A stretch of 64,000 nt of DNA from Bacillota bacterium (GCA_050261675.1 JBLNDO010000023.1:4908-68907), one strand, 5' to 3'; positions 50,436-62,181 are shown, numbered from the stretch's first letter. The notes: generated by a model not told the origin, from the sequence alone. Program-made: numbers and translations.

Positions 50436-51140
50436 TCAGTGAATTTCCACCCAGGCCGGCACATCGCGCCAGGATTCCCCCAATTCCTCGTCGAGCTCGC
50501 GGCACTGGGGCTCGAACTCCTCCACCAGCCGCCAGAATCGCGGTGAATGGTCTAACTGCCGCGTATGCGCCAACTCATGAATGACGAGATAACGCACCAG
50601 CTCCGGCTCCAGGAACAGGAGCTTGTAGTTTAGGCTCAGGGTCTTGTGGGAGGAGCAACTGCCCCAGCGGCTGGTCTGGCCGCGGATCTGCAGCCGTTTG
50701 TAGCTGAACCCCGTGGCGCGACAGATATGTGGCAGATACTCGGCGAAATGTCTCCGGGCCCTTTCCACCAGCCAACGACGCAGGGCCTCCCGCACCAGTT
50801 GCTCGCTGCGTCCGTCATGATGCACCGTCAAGGTGGATCCGGCACTCGTCACGCGCACCCGTTCGCCGCTGCGGCGGAGATATTTGACCTGCCAGTGTTC
50901 GCCGACGGCACGCAACTCGAAGCCATTGGGAAGCGTCAGATCTGCATCCACCATCTGCTCGCGCATACGGGTCCAGGTGTCGCGTATCCAACGGCGGTGG
51001 CGGGCGACGAAGGCCCGGGCACGCTCGCGGCTCACGTGGCGGGGCACGACGATCTCCACGCCCTGCCAGGGCGTGATCCGCACTTGCAACGACTTGGCCC
51101 GCGGACTGCGGCGCCAATGATAGGCCACGGAGCCGTTCAT
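50436..51140 (-). CDS. YgjP/DUF45-type (M48-like) zinc metallohydrolase
   Basis: C-terminal HELAHTRQLDHSPRFW (HExxH) and N-terminal WRRSPRAKSLQVRI, both typical of the family. Confidence 0.7.
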   Translation of the reverse strand: MNGSVAYHWRRSPRAKSLQVRITPWQGVEIVVPRHVSRERARAFVARHRRWIRDTWTRMREQMVDADLTLPNGFELRAVGEHWQVKYLRRSGERVRVTSAGSTLTVHHDGRSEQLVREALRRWLVERARRHFAEYLPHICRATGFSYKRLQIRGQTSRWGSCSSHKTLSLNYKLLFLEPELVRYLVIHELAHTRQLDHSPRFWRLVEEFEPQCRELDEELGESWRDVPAWVEIH

Positions 51141-51180
51141 CTCTGGTACTCCGGAGGGTGCAGCAGCGCCCGCCCCTTGT

Positions 51181-52491
51181 TCAAGCTTCGCGTTTCTCGG
51201 CGTAACCGTATTCTTCGCGCGCTGCCAGAACAGTCGATTCGGATTCGAACAGTTCCGGCAAGACGAATTCGAATTCATGGCGGTGCACGGCGACGATGTC
51301 GCCGTGCTTCAGGGCGTGATCGCCTGAAACGCGCTCGCCGTTCACGAAGGTGCCGTTGATGCTGCCCTGGTCGGTGATCCAGAAGGAATGCCCGCGGCGC
51401 TCGATGAGCGCGTGGCAGCGTCCCACGGTGGGCTCGGCCGCTAGCACGTACTGCACCTCGGGGTCATAACCTGCGACGCGGCCGATGACGGTGGCCTTCT
51501 CTCCCAACTCATAGCGCTTGATGTCGTTCGGGTTGCTGATGTCATAGAGGACCGCCTGTAGGCCGTCCGCAGCGCCTGGGGTCGCCTTCTCCGGCCTCTT
51601 CAGGATAGCCTTGATTCCGCCCCTGCTCCACACGTACCAGCCGCCCGCGCCGGCTATCGCCAGCAACAGCAGCACCACGACCGCCGTCCATAGTGTGCGG
51701 CGCGAGTCTTCCTCCGCCTGCTGCATGTGGGTGAGCGGCGTGTTGAAACTGAAGGTTTGCGGTGCGGCGTTGACCGGCCCCGTTTGCGCCCCCACCACGC
51801 CCACGTCCTCCGGCTGGGGCACGGGCTTGGCGTTCACCAGGGTGTCGCTGATCTGCTTGTAAATGCCGGCGAGATCGCCCGGCTGATAGGCGCGGTAATA
51901 CCCGGCTCCGGTCTTCTGCGCAAGCTGTTGCAGGAGTTCGTAATCCGCCTGATCGGTGAAGGCGATGCCGAATATCCGCACCCGCTTCGACACGGCCTCG
52001 GGGATGAGCGACTGCACAATCCAATGGATCTTGTCGCTGTCGCGCGAGGCGTTGCCGACATCCACGTAGCCGTCGGTCATGAGAACGATGAACTTCGCGG
52101 CATCCGCACGTCCATGGCTGTCCAGCTCGTAGAGCGCGCGCTCCAGGGCGGCGCCAGTGTCGGTCCACTGGCCGCGGTAATCGAGCTTGTCCACCGCCGC
52201 CTGCGCTTGCGCCTTGGCGCCGGCGTCCAGCGGCGTCAGGGGCATCAAGGCCGCGGGGGTAGTGGCGAATTCAATGATGGAAATGCGGGTGTCCGCGGGC
52301 TGGACGTTCACGAAATCCATGACCGCTTTCCCCGCCAGGCGGCTGGGATCGTTGCTACGCATGCTGCCGGAATTGTCCAGCACCAACACCACGTCCTGGG
52401 CGGCAAACGCCGGCAGGGCCAGGGCCAGCCACAGGCCGGCGATCCAAGCGATGCGGGATGCGGATTTCACCTGACGGTCCCCTCCATCCAT
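51181..52491 (-). CDS. Membrane-spanning vWA-domain / FHA-domain protein
   Basis: Signal peptide. vWA domain with intact MIDAS (DNSGSM...TDTG...MTDG). One TM (LWTAVVVLLLLAIAGAGGWYVW). C-terminal FHA (TVGRCHALIERRGHSFWITDQGSINGTFVNG). Confidence 0.75.
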   Translation of the reverse strand: MDGGDRQVKSASRIAWIAGLWLALALPAFAAQDVVLVLDNSGSMRSNDPSRLAGKAVMDFVNVQPADTRISIIEFATTPAALMPLTPLDAGAKAQAQAAVDKLDYRGQWTDTGAALERALYELDSHGRADAAKFIVLMTDGYVDVGNASRDSDKIHWIVQSLIPEAVSKRVRIFGIAFTDQADYELLQQLAQKTGAGYYRAYQPGDLAGIYKQISDTLVNAKPVPQPEDVGVVGAQTGPVNAAPQTFSFNTPLTHMQQAEEDSRRTLWTAVVVLLLLAIAGAGGWYVWSRGGIKAILKRPEKATPGAADGLQAVLYDISNPNDIKRYELGEKATVIGRVAGYDPEVQYVLAAEPTVGRCHALIERRGHSFWITDQGSINGTFVNGERVSGDHALKHGDIVAVHRHEFEFVLPELFESESTVLAAREEYGYAEKREA

Positions 52492-52709
52492 TGTGCCCTC
52501 ATTGTAGCGGGCGTCGGGTCAAAACCGGTATGACAAAAAGCCCACTTCCGGCACGTGCTTATCGTGGGTTCTTAAAGCTGTTTTCCCATATGCTTCAACT
52601 AGATAGACTATGAATGTACAAAAAAGCGCCGCCCGCTGGCACCGTGCCGCCCCGGCGACAGGCCAGCCCGGCCACGGGATAATGTGCCGCCGTCCGCCAT
52701 CGGTCCCCC

Positions 52710-53594
52710 ATGCCCGCGATCCTCGAAGTCCGCGACCTCGTGAAGCGCTATCCCGGCGTCACTGCCGTGGACGGCATCGATTTCGCCGTGGAAGCCGGGG
52801 AATGCTTCGGCCTGCTCGGCCCTAACGGCGCGGGCAAGACCACCACCGTGGAAATCATGGAAGGCATCACCCCGCCCAGCTCCGGCGAAGTCCTCTACCG
52901 CGGCAAGCCGGTGGATGCGCACTTCCGCCAGGAGGTAGGCATCCAGTTCCAGTCCACCGCGCTGCAGGATTTCATCACCGTGCGCGAGACGCTGCAGATG
53001 TTCCGCAGCTTCTACGTCAAGGGCCTCTCGGTGGAGGAACTCATGCGCCTCTGCACTCTGCAGGAATACCTGGACCGTGATGCCCGCAAGCTCTCCGGCG
53101 GGCAGCGACAGCGCCTGCTCCTGGCTCTCGCCCTGGTGAACGACCCCGAGATACTGTTCCTGGACGAGCCCACCACCGGCCTCGACCCCCAGGCCCGGCG
53201 CAATTTCTGGGACCTGATCCGGGACATCAAGGCGCGTAACAAGACCGTGATCCTGACCACCCATTACATGGAGGAAGCATTCCTGCTCTGCGACCGCATC
53301 GCCATCATGGACCACGGACACATCATCGCCGAGGGCCCGCCGGCCTCGCTGCTGGCGAAACATTTTCACGACGTGATTCTGCAGCTCCCCAAGGCGGATT
53401 TCACATTGGACCCCGTGGAACTCGGCATCCCGCTGCTGGATGCAGGCGAATATCTGGAGATCTCCACCGCGGACGTCGATGCCACGCTCCAGAAGCTCAT
53501 GGCAAAGCGCGTGTCCCTGGCCCGGTTGCAGATCCGAGCCCGCACCCTGGAAGACCTGTTTCTGGAGCTCACCGGCAAGGAATTGAGGGCATGA
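52710..53594 (+). CDS. ABC transporter ATP-binding protein (ABC-2 exporter type)
   Basis: Walker A GPNGAGKT, signature LSGGQRQR, Walker B ILFLDEP. Confidence 0.88.
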   Translation: MPAILEVRDLVKRYPGVTAVDGIDFAVEAGECFGLLGPNGAGKTTTVEIMEGITPPSSGEVLYRGKPVDAHFRQEVGIQFQSTALQDFITVRETLQMFRSFYVKGLSVEELMRLCTLQEYLDRDARKLSGGQRQRLLLALALVNDPEILFLDEPTTGLDPQARRNFWDLIRDIKARNKTVILTTHYMEEAFLLCDRIAIMDHGHIIAEGPPASLLAKHFHDVILQLPKADFTLDPVELGIPLLDAGEYLEISTADVDATLQKLMAKRVSLARLQIRARTLEDLFLELTGKELRA

Positions 53595-54613
53595 TCCGGC
53601 GCTATCTCGCGGTACTCAAGACCCGCAATCTGGAATTCCTCCGAGACCGGGCTGCCCTGGGTTGGAACATCGCTCTGCCGGTCTTCATTGTTATCGGCAT
53701 GTGGCTGATCTTCTCGGGCGGCCAGAAACCTTTGTTCAAGGTGGCGGTGCTGAACGACGGCAAGACGATCGCCAGCATCGACAACGCCTTCCTGAAGACC
53801 CGCTATGTGGATTTCTATCCGGTGAGCGACGAGACCCAGGCCGAATCCAAGGTGGGTCACAACCAGATCGACATGTTGCTCGACCTCCGGGACCCGAAAT
53901 CACCCCGCTACTGGGTAAACGAGACTTCCCCCAAGGGCTATGTGCTGGAAAGAATCTTGGCCGGTGAAACCGATGCCCGTTACCAGCGCGCCACGGTGAG
54001 CGGCCGCGCCATCAACTACGTGGACTGGCTGGTACCCGGGGTGCTCGGCATGAACATGATGTTCTCGTGCCTCTTTGGTGTGGGGTATGTCATCGTCCGC
54101 TACCGCAAGAGCGGTTTCCTGAAGCGTCTCAACGCCACGCCCTTGAAGGCTTTCGAGTTCATCGCCGCCCAGGTGTCCTCTCGCCTGTTGCTGATCATGA
54201 GCGTCACCACCGTGGTTTTCTTCGGCACCTACTGGCTGGTGGGTTTCTACATGGCAGGAAGTTATCTGCTCCTGCTGCTGACGGCGGTGCTCGGCGCCAT
54301 TTGCATGATCTCCCTCGGCCTGCTGGTGGCCGCGCGCGTGGGCAGCGAAGAGTTCGCCGGCGGGCTGCTCAATCTCGCCTCCTGGCCCATGATGTTCCTC
54401 TCGGGTGTGTGGTTCTCCCTGGAAGGCTCGCCCGGCTGGATCCAGAACGCGGCCAAGGTTTTCCCCCTCACCCAGATGCTGGATGCCGCCCGGAAGGTGA
54501 TGTTGGACGGCGCCGGAATCGCCGCCATCTGGCCCCAACTGCTGTCCATGGCGTGCATGACCACCCTGTTCCTGACCCTGGGTGCCTTCGGGTTCAAGTG
54601 GAAAAATGAGTGA
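53591..54613 (+). CDS. ABC-2 family transporter permease
   Basis: ATGA-coupled to the ATPase gene. Six-TM C-terminal half and a large first loop. Confidence 0.8.
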   Translation: MIRRYLAVLKTRNLEFLRDRAALGWNIALPVFIVIGMWLIFSGGQKPLFKVAVLNDGKTIASIDNAFLKTRYVDFYPVSDETQAESKVGHNQIDMLLDLRDPKSPRYWVNETSPKGYVLERILAGETDARYQRATVSGRAINYVDWLVPGVLGMNMMFSCLFGVGYVIVRYRKSGFLKRLNATPLKAFEFIAAQVSSRLLLIMSVTTVVFFGTYWLVGFYMAGSYLLLLLTAVLGAICMISLGLLVAARVGSEEFAGGLLNLASWPMMFLSGVWFSLEGSPGWIQNAAKVFPLTQMLDAARKVMLDGAGIAAIWPQLLSMACMTTLFLTLGAFGFKWKNE

Positions 54614-54652
54614 GGCGGGCCTTTTTCTCGCGAGGTCCATCCCCATAGCTGC

Positions 54653-55414
54653 GTGATGCTGTCCCTCCTCCGCCGCTGGCGCGAACGCCGCATCCTGGAC
54701 CGTCACCCCATCGCCGAGGCCGATTGGCGGGCGGTGCTTTCCTCCAGCGCCGCGGTGCGCCGCCTGCCCGCCTCCGACCAGGCGCGCCTTCGGGTCATGG
54801 CCACGCTGCTTTTGCAGGAAAAGAGCCTGGAACCGGCGCGGGGCTTGAGGCTCACGAGTGCCATGTCCGCGCGCATCGCCGCTCTCGCCTGTCTGCCCGT
54901 ATTGAACCTGGGACTGAGCTGGTACCGCCAGTGGCATTCCGTGGTGGTCTATCCGGAGACCTTCGTGCCAGAACGGGAGGAAATGGACTCCGCCGGGGTC
55001 GTGCACCGCGGCCACACGCCGCTCACCGGCGAAGCTTGGCAACACGGCCCGGTGATACTGGCCTGGGACGCGGTGGAGCGTGCGGGTTCACCCCCGGGCC
55101 ACAACGTGGTCATCCACGAGATGGCCCACAAGCTCGACATGTTGAACGGTGAAGCCAATGGCTACCCTCCCCTGCACGCCAACATGCGCCGCCGCGAGTG
55201 GACCCGGGCGCTCGACAGCGCCTACCGCGAATTGGGGCGGCAGGCGGACTACGGCGAGGCGTCGGCCTTGGACACGTACGGATTGGAGAACCCTGGCGAG
55301 TTCTTTGCCGTGGCCAGCGAAGCCTTCTTCGAGGCGCCGCGGCGCCTCAAGGATTTTTCGCTCGGCCTCTACGAGCAGCTCGCCCTGTTTTACAGACAGC
55401 AGCCTTTGGGATAA
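54653..55414 (+). CDS. mtfA: MtfA-like (M90) zinc-dependent peptidase
   Basis: VVIHEMAHKLD zinc motif. Length and flanking sequence fit the MtfA/YeeI family. Confidence 0.7.
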   Translation: MMLSLLRRWRERRILDRHPIAEADWRAVLSSSAAVRRLPASDQARLRVMATLLLQEKSLEPARGLRLTSAMSARIAALACLPVLNLGLSWYRQWHSVVVYPETFVPEREEMDSAGVVHRGHTPLTGEAWQHGPVILAWDAVERAGSPPGHNVVIHEMAHKLDMLNGEANGYPPLHANMRRREWTRALDSAYRELGRQADYGEASALDTYGLENPGEFFAVASEAFFEAPRRLKDFSLGLYEQLALFYRQQPLG

Positions 55415-55417
55415 ACC

Positions 55418-56599
55418 CTAGAGCTGTCTCAGGCTCGCGGCGATGGGCATCCGCACCGCACGGATGGCCGGCAACAGGCCGCCCAAGAGGCCCATGAAAA
55501 GCGCATAGACCGCACCCTTCAGCAGCAGCGCCGGCGTGACACGGAAGGAGAACGCCACCTGGGCGAAATTCGAGCCCATGGTGCTGGTCTCGATGCCGTT
55601 GAAGAGCACATAGGCCACCAGGCCGCCGATCACGCCGCCCACGAGGCCGAGCAGCATGCCTTCCACCAGCACCGAGATGAGCACCGGCGAACGGCCGAAC
55701 CCGAGTGCCCGGAGCGTCGCGATCTCGGCGGCGCGGCTGGTGACCGAGTTGTACATGGTATTGACGGCGCCGAAGATGGCGCCGATGCCCATGAGGAAGG
55801 CGATGAAGGCGCCGGCCCCGGTGATGAAGCTGTTCATGTTCTTGGACTGCTCGGCATAGAAATCCGTCTCCCGGTCGACGCTCACGTTCAACTGGGGGTT
55901 GCTGGTGAGTGCGTCCTTGAATTGCTGGAAATCCGCCGGCGAAGCGAGCTTCACATACACCGATTCCAGCGAGCTGCCGCGCTTGTAGGCCTGTTGCATG
56001 ACCGAGAGATCACCCCAGACCTCGGAGGAATAGACGCCGCCGTCGTCGAACACGCCCACGATGCGCCACTGGTAGGGACCCGAATGGATGGTATCGCCCA
56101 GGGCAAAACCCCGGTACTCGTGGTTGGCGCGCTCCCCCACGATCACCTCGTTCAGGCCCGGCTGGAAGTTGCGACCGGCGGTAATGTGCACCTTGTCGTG
56201 GACCAGAAAGGCGTTCTGGCTCACGCCTCGGAACGGCACGTTGGCATCCAGGCCAGTGTCCGCCTTGGGCATGCTGAGCTGCACCAGGAGCTCGCTGGAG
56301 GCGAGCGGCCCGCCGGCCGTGGAGACGATGCCGGGCGCCTCGCCCACGAGCTTGGCGCTGTCGGTGCTCAGCACGCTGTTGATCTCGGCGCCAGCGCCGC
56401 CGCGCAGCACGATGGCCACGTCCGGGGAGCCGGATTCGCGCAGGGTGGCGTTGAAGCCGTCGCGGATGGCGAACACCGCCACGAACACCATGATCACACC
56501 GGTGAAACCGATGACGGCCACCAGGGAGGAATCCAGGCGCGCCTTCAGGTTGCCGAAGTTCAACAGACAGACGGTGTACAACTGGTATAGCCAGCGCAT
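55418..56599 (-). CDS. FtsX/MacB-type ABC transporter permease (second of two)
   Basis: N-terminal TM, large periplasmic domain, C-terminal FtsX 3-TM bundle. Confidence 0.8.
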   Translation of the reverse strand: MRWLYQLYTVCLLNFGNLKARLDSSLVAVIGFTGVIMVFVAVFAIRDGFNATLRESGSPDVAIVLRGGAGAEINSVLSTDSAKLVGEAPGIVSTAGGPLASSELLVQLSMPKADTGLDANVPFRGVSQNAFLVHDKVHITAGRNFQPGLNEVIVGERANHEYRGFALGDTIHSGPYQWRIVGVFDDGGVYSSEVWGDLSVMQQAYKRGSSLESVYVKLASPADFQQFKDALTSNPQLNVSVDRETDFYAEQSKNMNSFITGAGAFIAFLMGIGAIFGAVNTMYNSVTSRAAEIATLRALGFGRSPVLISVLVEGMLLGLVGGVIGGLVAYVLFNGIETSTMGSNFAQVAFSFRVTPALLLKGAVYALFMGLLGGLLPAIRAVRMPIAASLRQL

Positions 56600-56600
56600 C

Positions 56601-57743
56601 TCAGGCCCTCCTCAGGGCAGCGGCCACCTGCAGGCGCATGGCCTGGGCGGCAGGAAGCAATCCGGCCAGGAGGCCCAAGGCGAACATGAGCACCACGCCG
56701 AGCGCGAGGCTCGAAGCAGGCGTGTGGAAATCCTGTAGGAACGGCAACTTCGAACCGATGCCTCCGGCGAACAGGGCGCCGAGGCCGAGGCCGATGGCGC
56801 CGCCCAGGAAAGTGACCAGCAGGGATTCCGCCAGCACCATGAAAGCGACGCCACGGCGGCTGAAACCCAGGGCCTTGAGTACGGCGAGCTCGCTCACCCG
56901 CTCGCGGATGGACTGGGCCATGGTGTTGGCGATGACCAGCAACATGCTGAACAGCACCGCGCTCACGATGCCGGTGACGATCTTGCCGATGTTACCGAGC
57001 ATGGCGGCGAAACTCTGCAGGAAGGCCTTCTCGGTCTGGGTCTTGCTCTCGGCGTCGGAGTTCGCGAACAGCGCGTCCACATCCTTGGCGATCACGCCGG
57101 AATGTGCGGGATCGGAAACCTTCAGCACGAACATGTTCACCTGGTTGTTGCGGAAGGCGCGCCGGTCATCCAGGTACTTGTAGTGCATCAGCAGGAGATC
57201 CTCCTGCCCACCGGAGTAGACGCCATCCACATTCACATCCCAGGTGCTGTTGCCATCCTTGTCCCGCCAGATGTTGGAGCGCAGCGGAAAATGGTCGCCC
57301 GCTTTCCAGCCGTATTTCTTGGCCAACGCCGGACCCACGATTACGCCGCTCTTGTCATTAAGCCAAGCCTGGGACTGCTCGGGTGGTAGCCGGATGTCCT
57401 GGTGCACCTCCAGAAACGACGGTGCGTCCACGGCGAAACCGGTGATGGGCTGGCGGGGGTCCTGGAAGTACGCACCCACCCAATCCTGCAGGGTGACGGC
57501 AGCCACCCCCGGCACGCTGGCGATGCGGTCACGGTAGCCGATGGGCATGGAATTGATGAGGCCCACCTTGTTCATGACCATGAGCCGGTCGGCGCCGGCC
57601 AGGTCCACGCCGCCGGTGAAGGCCTGGTTCACGGCGCCCAGCACTGCGAACAGCATGAATGCGATGAATACCGAAAGCACCGTGAACAAGGTGCGCGCCT
57701 TGCGGCGCATCAGGTTGGCCCAGATGAGCGGCAGGTATTTCAT
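56601..57743 (-). CDS. FtsX/MacB-type ABC transporter permease (first of two)
   Basis: [21 protein letters not shown] and an FtsX-type C-terminus. Overlaps the ATPase gene stop. Confidence 0.8.
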   Translation of the reverse strand: MKYLPLIWANLMRRKARTLFTVLSVFIAFMLFAVLGAVNQAFTGGVDLAGADRLMVMNKVGLINSMPIGYRDRIASVPGVAAVTLQDWVGAYFQDPRQPITGFAVDAPSFLEVHQDIRLPPEQSQAWLNDKSGVIVGPALAKKYGWKAGDHFPLRSNIWRDKDGNSTWDVNVDGVYSGGQEDLLLMHYKYLDDRRAFRNNQVNMFVLKVSDPAHSGVIAKDVDALFANSDAESKTQTEKAFLQSFAAMLGNIGKIVTGIVSAVLFSMLLVIANTMAQSIRERVSELAVLKALGFSRRGVAFMVLAESLLVTFLGGAIGLGLGALFAGGIGSKLPFLQDFHTPASSLALGVVLMFALGLLAGLLPAAQAMRLQVAAALRRA

Positions 57744-58462
57744 TTTTCCGGCTCCGTAGAGAGCCGTCCCTTGTTCATATAGAGGATGCGGCGCGCCCGG
57801 GCCGCGGCATGCGGGTCGTGGGTCACCATGACGATGGTCTTGCCCTGCTCTCGATTGAGTGCTTGCAGGAGGTCCAGGATTTCGTCGCCGGACTTGCGGT
57901 CGAGGTCGCCGGTGGGCTCGTCGCAGAGCAGGAGCAGCGGATCGCCGACGATGGCCCGGGCGATGCCGACGCGTTGCTCCTGGCCTCCGGAGAGCTCCGC
58001 GGGCTTGTGCTTGGCGCGGTCTGCGATGTTGGCGAGCTGCATGGCCGCCTCCACGCGCACCCGGCGTTCAGCCGCCGAGAGGCCGGTGAGCAGCAGCGGC
58101 AATTCCACGTTGCGCTCGGCGGAAAGCACCGGCAGGAGGTGATAAAGCTGGAACACGAAACCCACGTTGTGGGCGCGCCAGCGGGCCAGTTCGGATTCGT
58201 TATAGCGGGCGATGTCCATGCCCTCGACACTGATGCTGCCGGAGGTGGGCCGGTCGATGCCGCCCAAGAGGTTGAGCAAGGTGGTTTTGCCGGAACCGGA
58301 GGGCCCCATGAGTGCCAGGAAGTCGCCGTTCGGGATGCGGAGGCTGAGTTCCTGCAGCACGTGCACCGTCTCGCCACCGCGATGGTACTCCTTGGTGACG
58401 CCCTGCAGTTCCACGAGCGTGGAGCCGGTCTCGGGCTTCTGGATGGGCTTGGGGCTGCTCAT
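57740..58462 (-). CDS. ABC transporter ATP-binding protein (MacB/LolD-like)
   Basis: [42 protein letters not shown]. Confidence 0.9.
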   Translation of the reverse strand: MSSPKPIQKPETGSTLVELQGVTKEYHRGGETVHVLQELSLRIPNGDFLALMGPSGSGKTTLLNLLGGIDRPTSGSISVEGMDIARYNESELARWRAHNVGFVFQLYHLLPVLSAERNVELPLLLTGLSAAERRVRVEAAMQLANIADRAKHKPAELSGGQEQRVGIARAIVGDPLLLLCDEPTGDLDRKSGDEILDLLQALNREQGKTIVMVTHDPHAAARARRILYMNKGRLSTEPEK

Positions 58463-58471
58463 GGTTCCACC

Positions 58472-59728
58472 TCAATCTGAAGAAGGCTTGTTGGTCTCGC
58501 GGACACGATCGCCCTCCGCGAGGGCTTTGTCGGAGCCCGTGATGACGTGCTCACCCGCGCTGATGCCGGCGAGGATCTCCACGTCGCTGCCGGTGACCCC
58601 GCCGGTCTTCACGGCGCGCCTCTCGGCGTGGCCGTCGTTGAAAATGAACACGTAGGGAGTGGCGCCATCCTTGTGGACCGCCGCCTGGGGAATCTCGACG
58701 CGCGCTGCCTGCACGGTGCCGCCTCCGGCCGGCGCCTCTCCCAGGAACCACACCTGGATGGACATCTGCGGCAGTATCTTCGGGTCAAGCTTGTCGAAGC
58801 CGACGCGTACCTTGACGGTGGCCTTGTCCCGGTCGGCGGTGGGAATGATGCTCACCACGTGGCTGGGAATGTGCCAGTCCGGGTACGCGTCCAGCACCGC
58901 GTCCACCTGCTGTTCCGTGTGCACGCGGCCGATGTAGGCCTCGTTCACGTCCACCTCGATCTCGAGGGAACTCATGTCCACCACGGTGCAGATTCCGGTG
59001 CGGGTGTAGCCGCTGCCGGCCGAATTGGGGGAGATCATCTCGCCGGGCTGGGCGTCCTTGGACACCACCACGCCGGCGAAGGGCGCGCGGATGACCGTGT
59101 CGTCCAGCATCTGCTGGTCGAGGTCCAGATTATTCTGGGCGACGCCGGCCTGCTGGCGCGCGCTGTCCAAGGCGGCCCTGAGACTCGCCTCCTTGGTGGT
59201 GGCCCCGTCCATCTCCGACTGGCTTACCAGGTGCCGCCCATACAGCGTCTTGGTGCGTTCCAGATCCCGGGCGGCGTTTTCGTGTTCCACCTCGGTCTGG
59301 TTGGCGAGCGCCTGGGCCGCCGCCAGCTGGCTTCTGGCCACGTTCACCTGGTCCCGGGCGGTGGAATCGTCCAGCCGCGCCAGCACCTGGCCGGCCTTGA
59401 CGTGCATGCCCTCCTCGATGAGAACCGCGCTCACCTTCCCCATGACCTTCGAGGACACCACGGCCTGCAGCCGGGGCACCACGTAACCCGAGGCATTGAG
59501 CAGCCGCGCGCCCCCGGGGCCGGAGGCCGTGTCCTCCACCACCTTCGCCGCCGAAGTCTGCACACTTATATAGGAAGGCCGGAGCAGCACCCAAGCAAAC
59601 ACGGCCACGATCGCCAGGAGTGCCACGCCGCCGCCGATGAGCCAAGGGCGGGTACGGCGCTTCAGTTGCGCGTCGTCGGCCTTGCGGTCCATGCGCAGCA
59701 CGTTCAAGGCGTCGCGGTTCAAAGGCAT
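58472..59728 (-). CDS. Periplasmic adaptor (membrane fusion protein, HlyD/MacA family)
   Basis: N-terminal anchor, coiled-coil region (QLAAAQALANQTEVEHENAARDLERTK) and barrel-sandwich segments. Confidence 0.8.
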   Translation of the reverse strand: MPLNRDALNVLRMDRKADDAQLKRRTRPWLIGGGVALLAIVAVFAWVLLRPSYISVQTSAAKVVEDTASGPGGARLLNASGYVVPRLQAVVSSKVMGKVSAVLIEEGMHVKAGQVLARLDDSTARDQVNVARSQLAAAQALANQTEVEHENAARDLERTKTLYGRHLVSQSEMDGATTKEASLRAALDSARQQAGVAQNNLDLDQQMLDDTVIRAPFAGVVVSKDAQPGEMISPNSAGSGYTRTGICTVVDMSSLEIEVDVNEAYIGRVHTEQQVDAVLDAYPDWHIPSHVVSIIPTADRDKATVKVRVGFDKLDPKILPQMSIQVWFLGEAPAGGGTVQAARVEIPQAAVHKDGATPYVFIFNDGHAERRAVKTGGVTGSDVEILAGISAGEHVITGSDKALAEGDRVRETNKPSSD

Positions 59729-59867
59729 CGTTCATCCCCGTGGATATCGGTCATCGGAAACCGGGCTCCGCTTAGTTTACACTTGCGCCGCCGCGGTCTT
59801 TCCGCGCCATATGCCATTGTCGCGTCGGCGCGCCACTCACGACAGTCATGTTCATCAGGACTATGAA

Positions 59868-60677
59868 ATGACAGATGTCACGCATATCCCGGGCTTGGTG
59901 GACATCGGTGCCAATCTCACCCATGACAGTTTCGACGTGGATCGGGCCGAGGTCATCGCCCGCGCCCGGGCCGCGGGGGTGCAGCGCTTCGTGGTGACGG
60001 GTAGCGACACGGCCCATAGCACCAAGGCACTCGCGCTCTGCCAGCAATACCCCGGCCTTTATGCCACCGCCGGCGTGCATCCTCACCATGCCAAGGACTG
60101 CACCGTCTCGACAACCGACGAACTGAGGGAGTTGATGAGAAATTTCCCGGCGGTAGCCGTCGGCGAATGCGGCCTGGACTACTTCCGCAACTTTTCGCCC
60201 CCTGATGTGCAGCGAAAGGTATTCGAGATGCAGCTGGGCCTCGCGGTGGAGTGCCGTAAGCCCGTGTTCCTGCATCAACGGGACGCCCACGGTGATTTCC
60301 TGCGCCTGCTTCGGGAATACCGCCCCCGTCTCCCCCGTGCCGTGGTGCATTGCTTCACCGGCGATGCGACAGAACTGAAGGATTATCTCGCTCTGGATTG
60401 CCACATCGGCGTCACCGGCTGGATCTGCGACGAGCGCCGCGGCCTGAGCCTCAGGGAATGCGTGGGTTTGATACCTGCGGACAGGCTCATGCTGGAGACG
60501 GACGCGCCCTATCTCATCCCCCGGGACCTGAAACCGCGGCCCCACCGGAACGAACCCATGTACCTCATGCACATCGCCGAGGTGGTAGCGGCGATGCTCG
60601 GCAAACCAGTCGGACAACTCATCCGCGAGACAACGCAAAACGCCGAGGCATTCTTCGGGCTGCCGCGCCTGGGTTAG
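59868..60677 (+). CDS. tatD: TatD-family metal-dependent hydrolase/DNase
   Basis: VDIGANLTHDSF N-terminus, ECGLDYFRN, LETDAPYL. AGGA SD 7 nt upstream. Confidence 0.85.
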   Translation: MTDVTHIPGLVDIGANLTHDSFDVDRAEVIARARAAGVQRFVVTGSDTAHSTKALALCQQYPGLYATAGVHPHHAKDCTVSTTDELRELMRNFPAVAVGECGLDYFRNFSPPDVQRKVFEMQLGLAVECRKPVFLHQRDAHGDFLRLLREYRPRLPRAVVHCFTGDATELKDYLALDCHIGVTGWICDERRGLSLRECVGLIPADRLMLETDAPYLIPRDLKPRPHRNEPMYLMHIAEVVAAMLGKPVGQLIRETTQNAEAFFGLPRLG

Positions 60678-60714
60678 AATCCGCCTCCCTGAGCGCACTT
60701 TCCCGGAGAGCACG

Positions 60715-62133
<1,419 letters not shown>

Positions 62134-62151
62134 TCACTGTCGGAATGCGAC

Positions 62152-62181
62152 ACGTCGCGTGGAGAACGCGGCGTTTTATTT
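62152..62181 (+). terminator. Intrinsic terminator after the M20 peptidase gene
   Basis: ACGTCGCG-tggagaa-CGCGGCGT (one G-U pair) followed by TTTTATTT. Confidence 0.7.
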
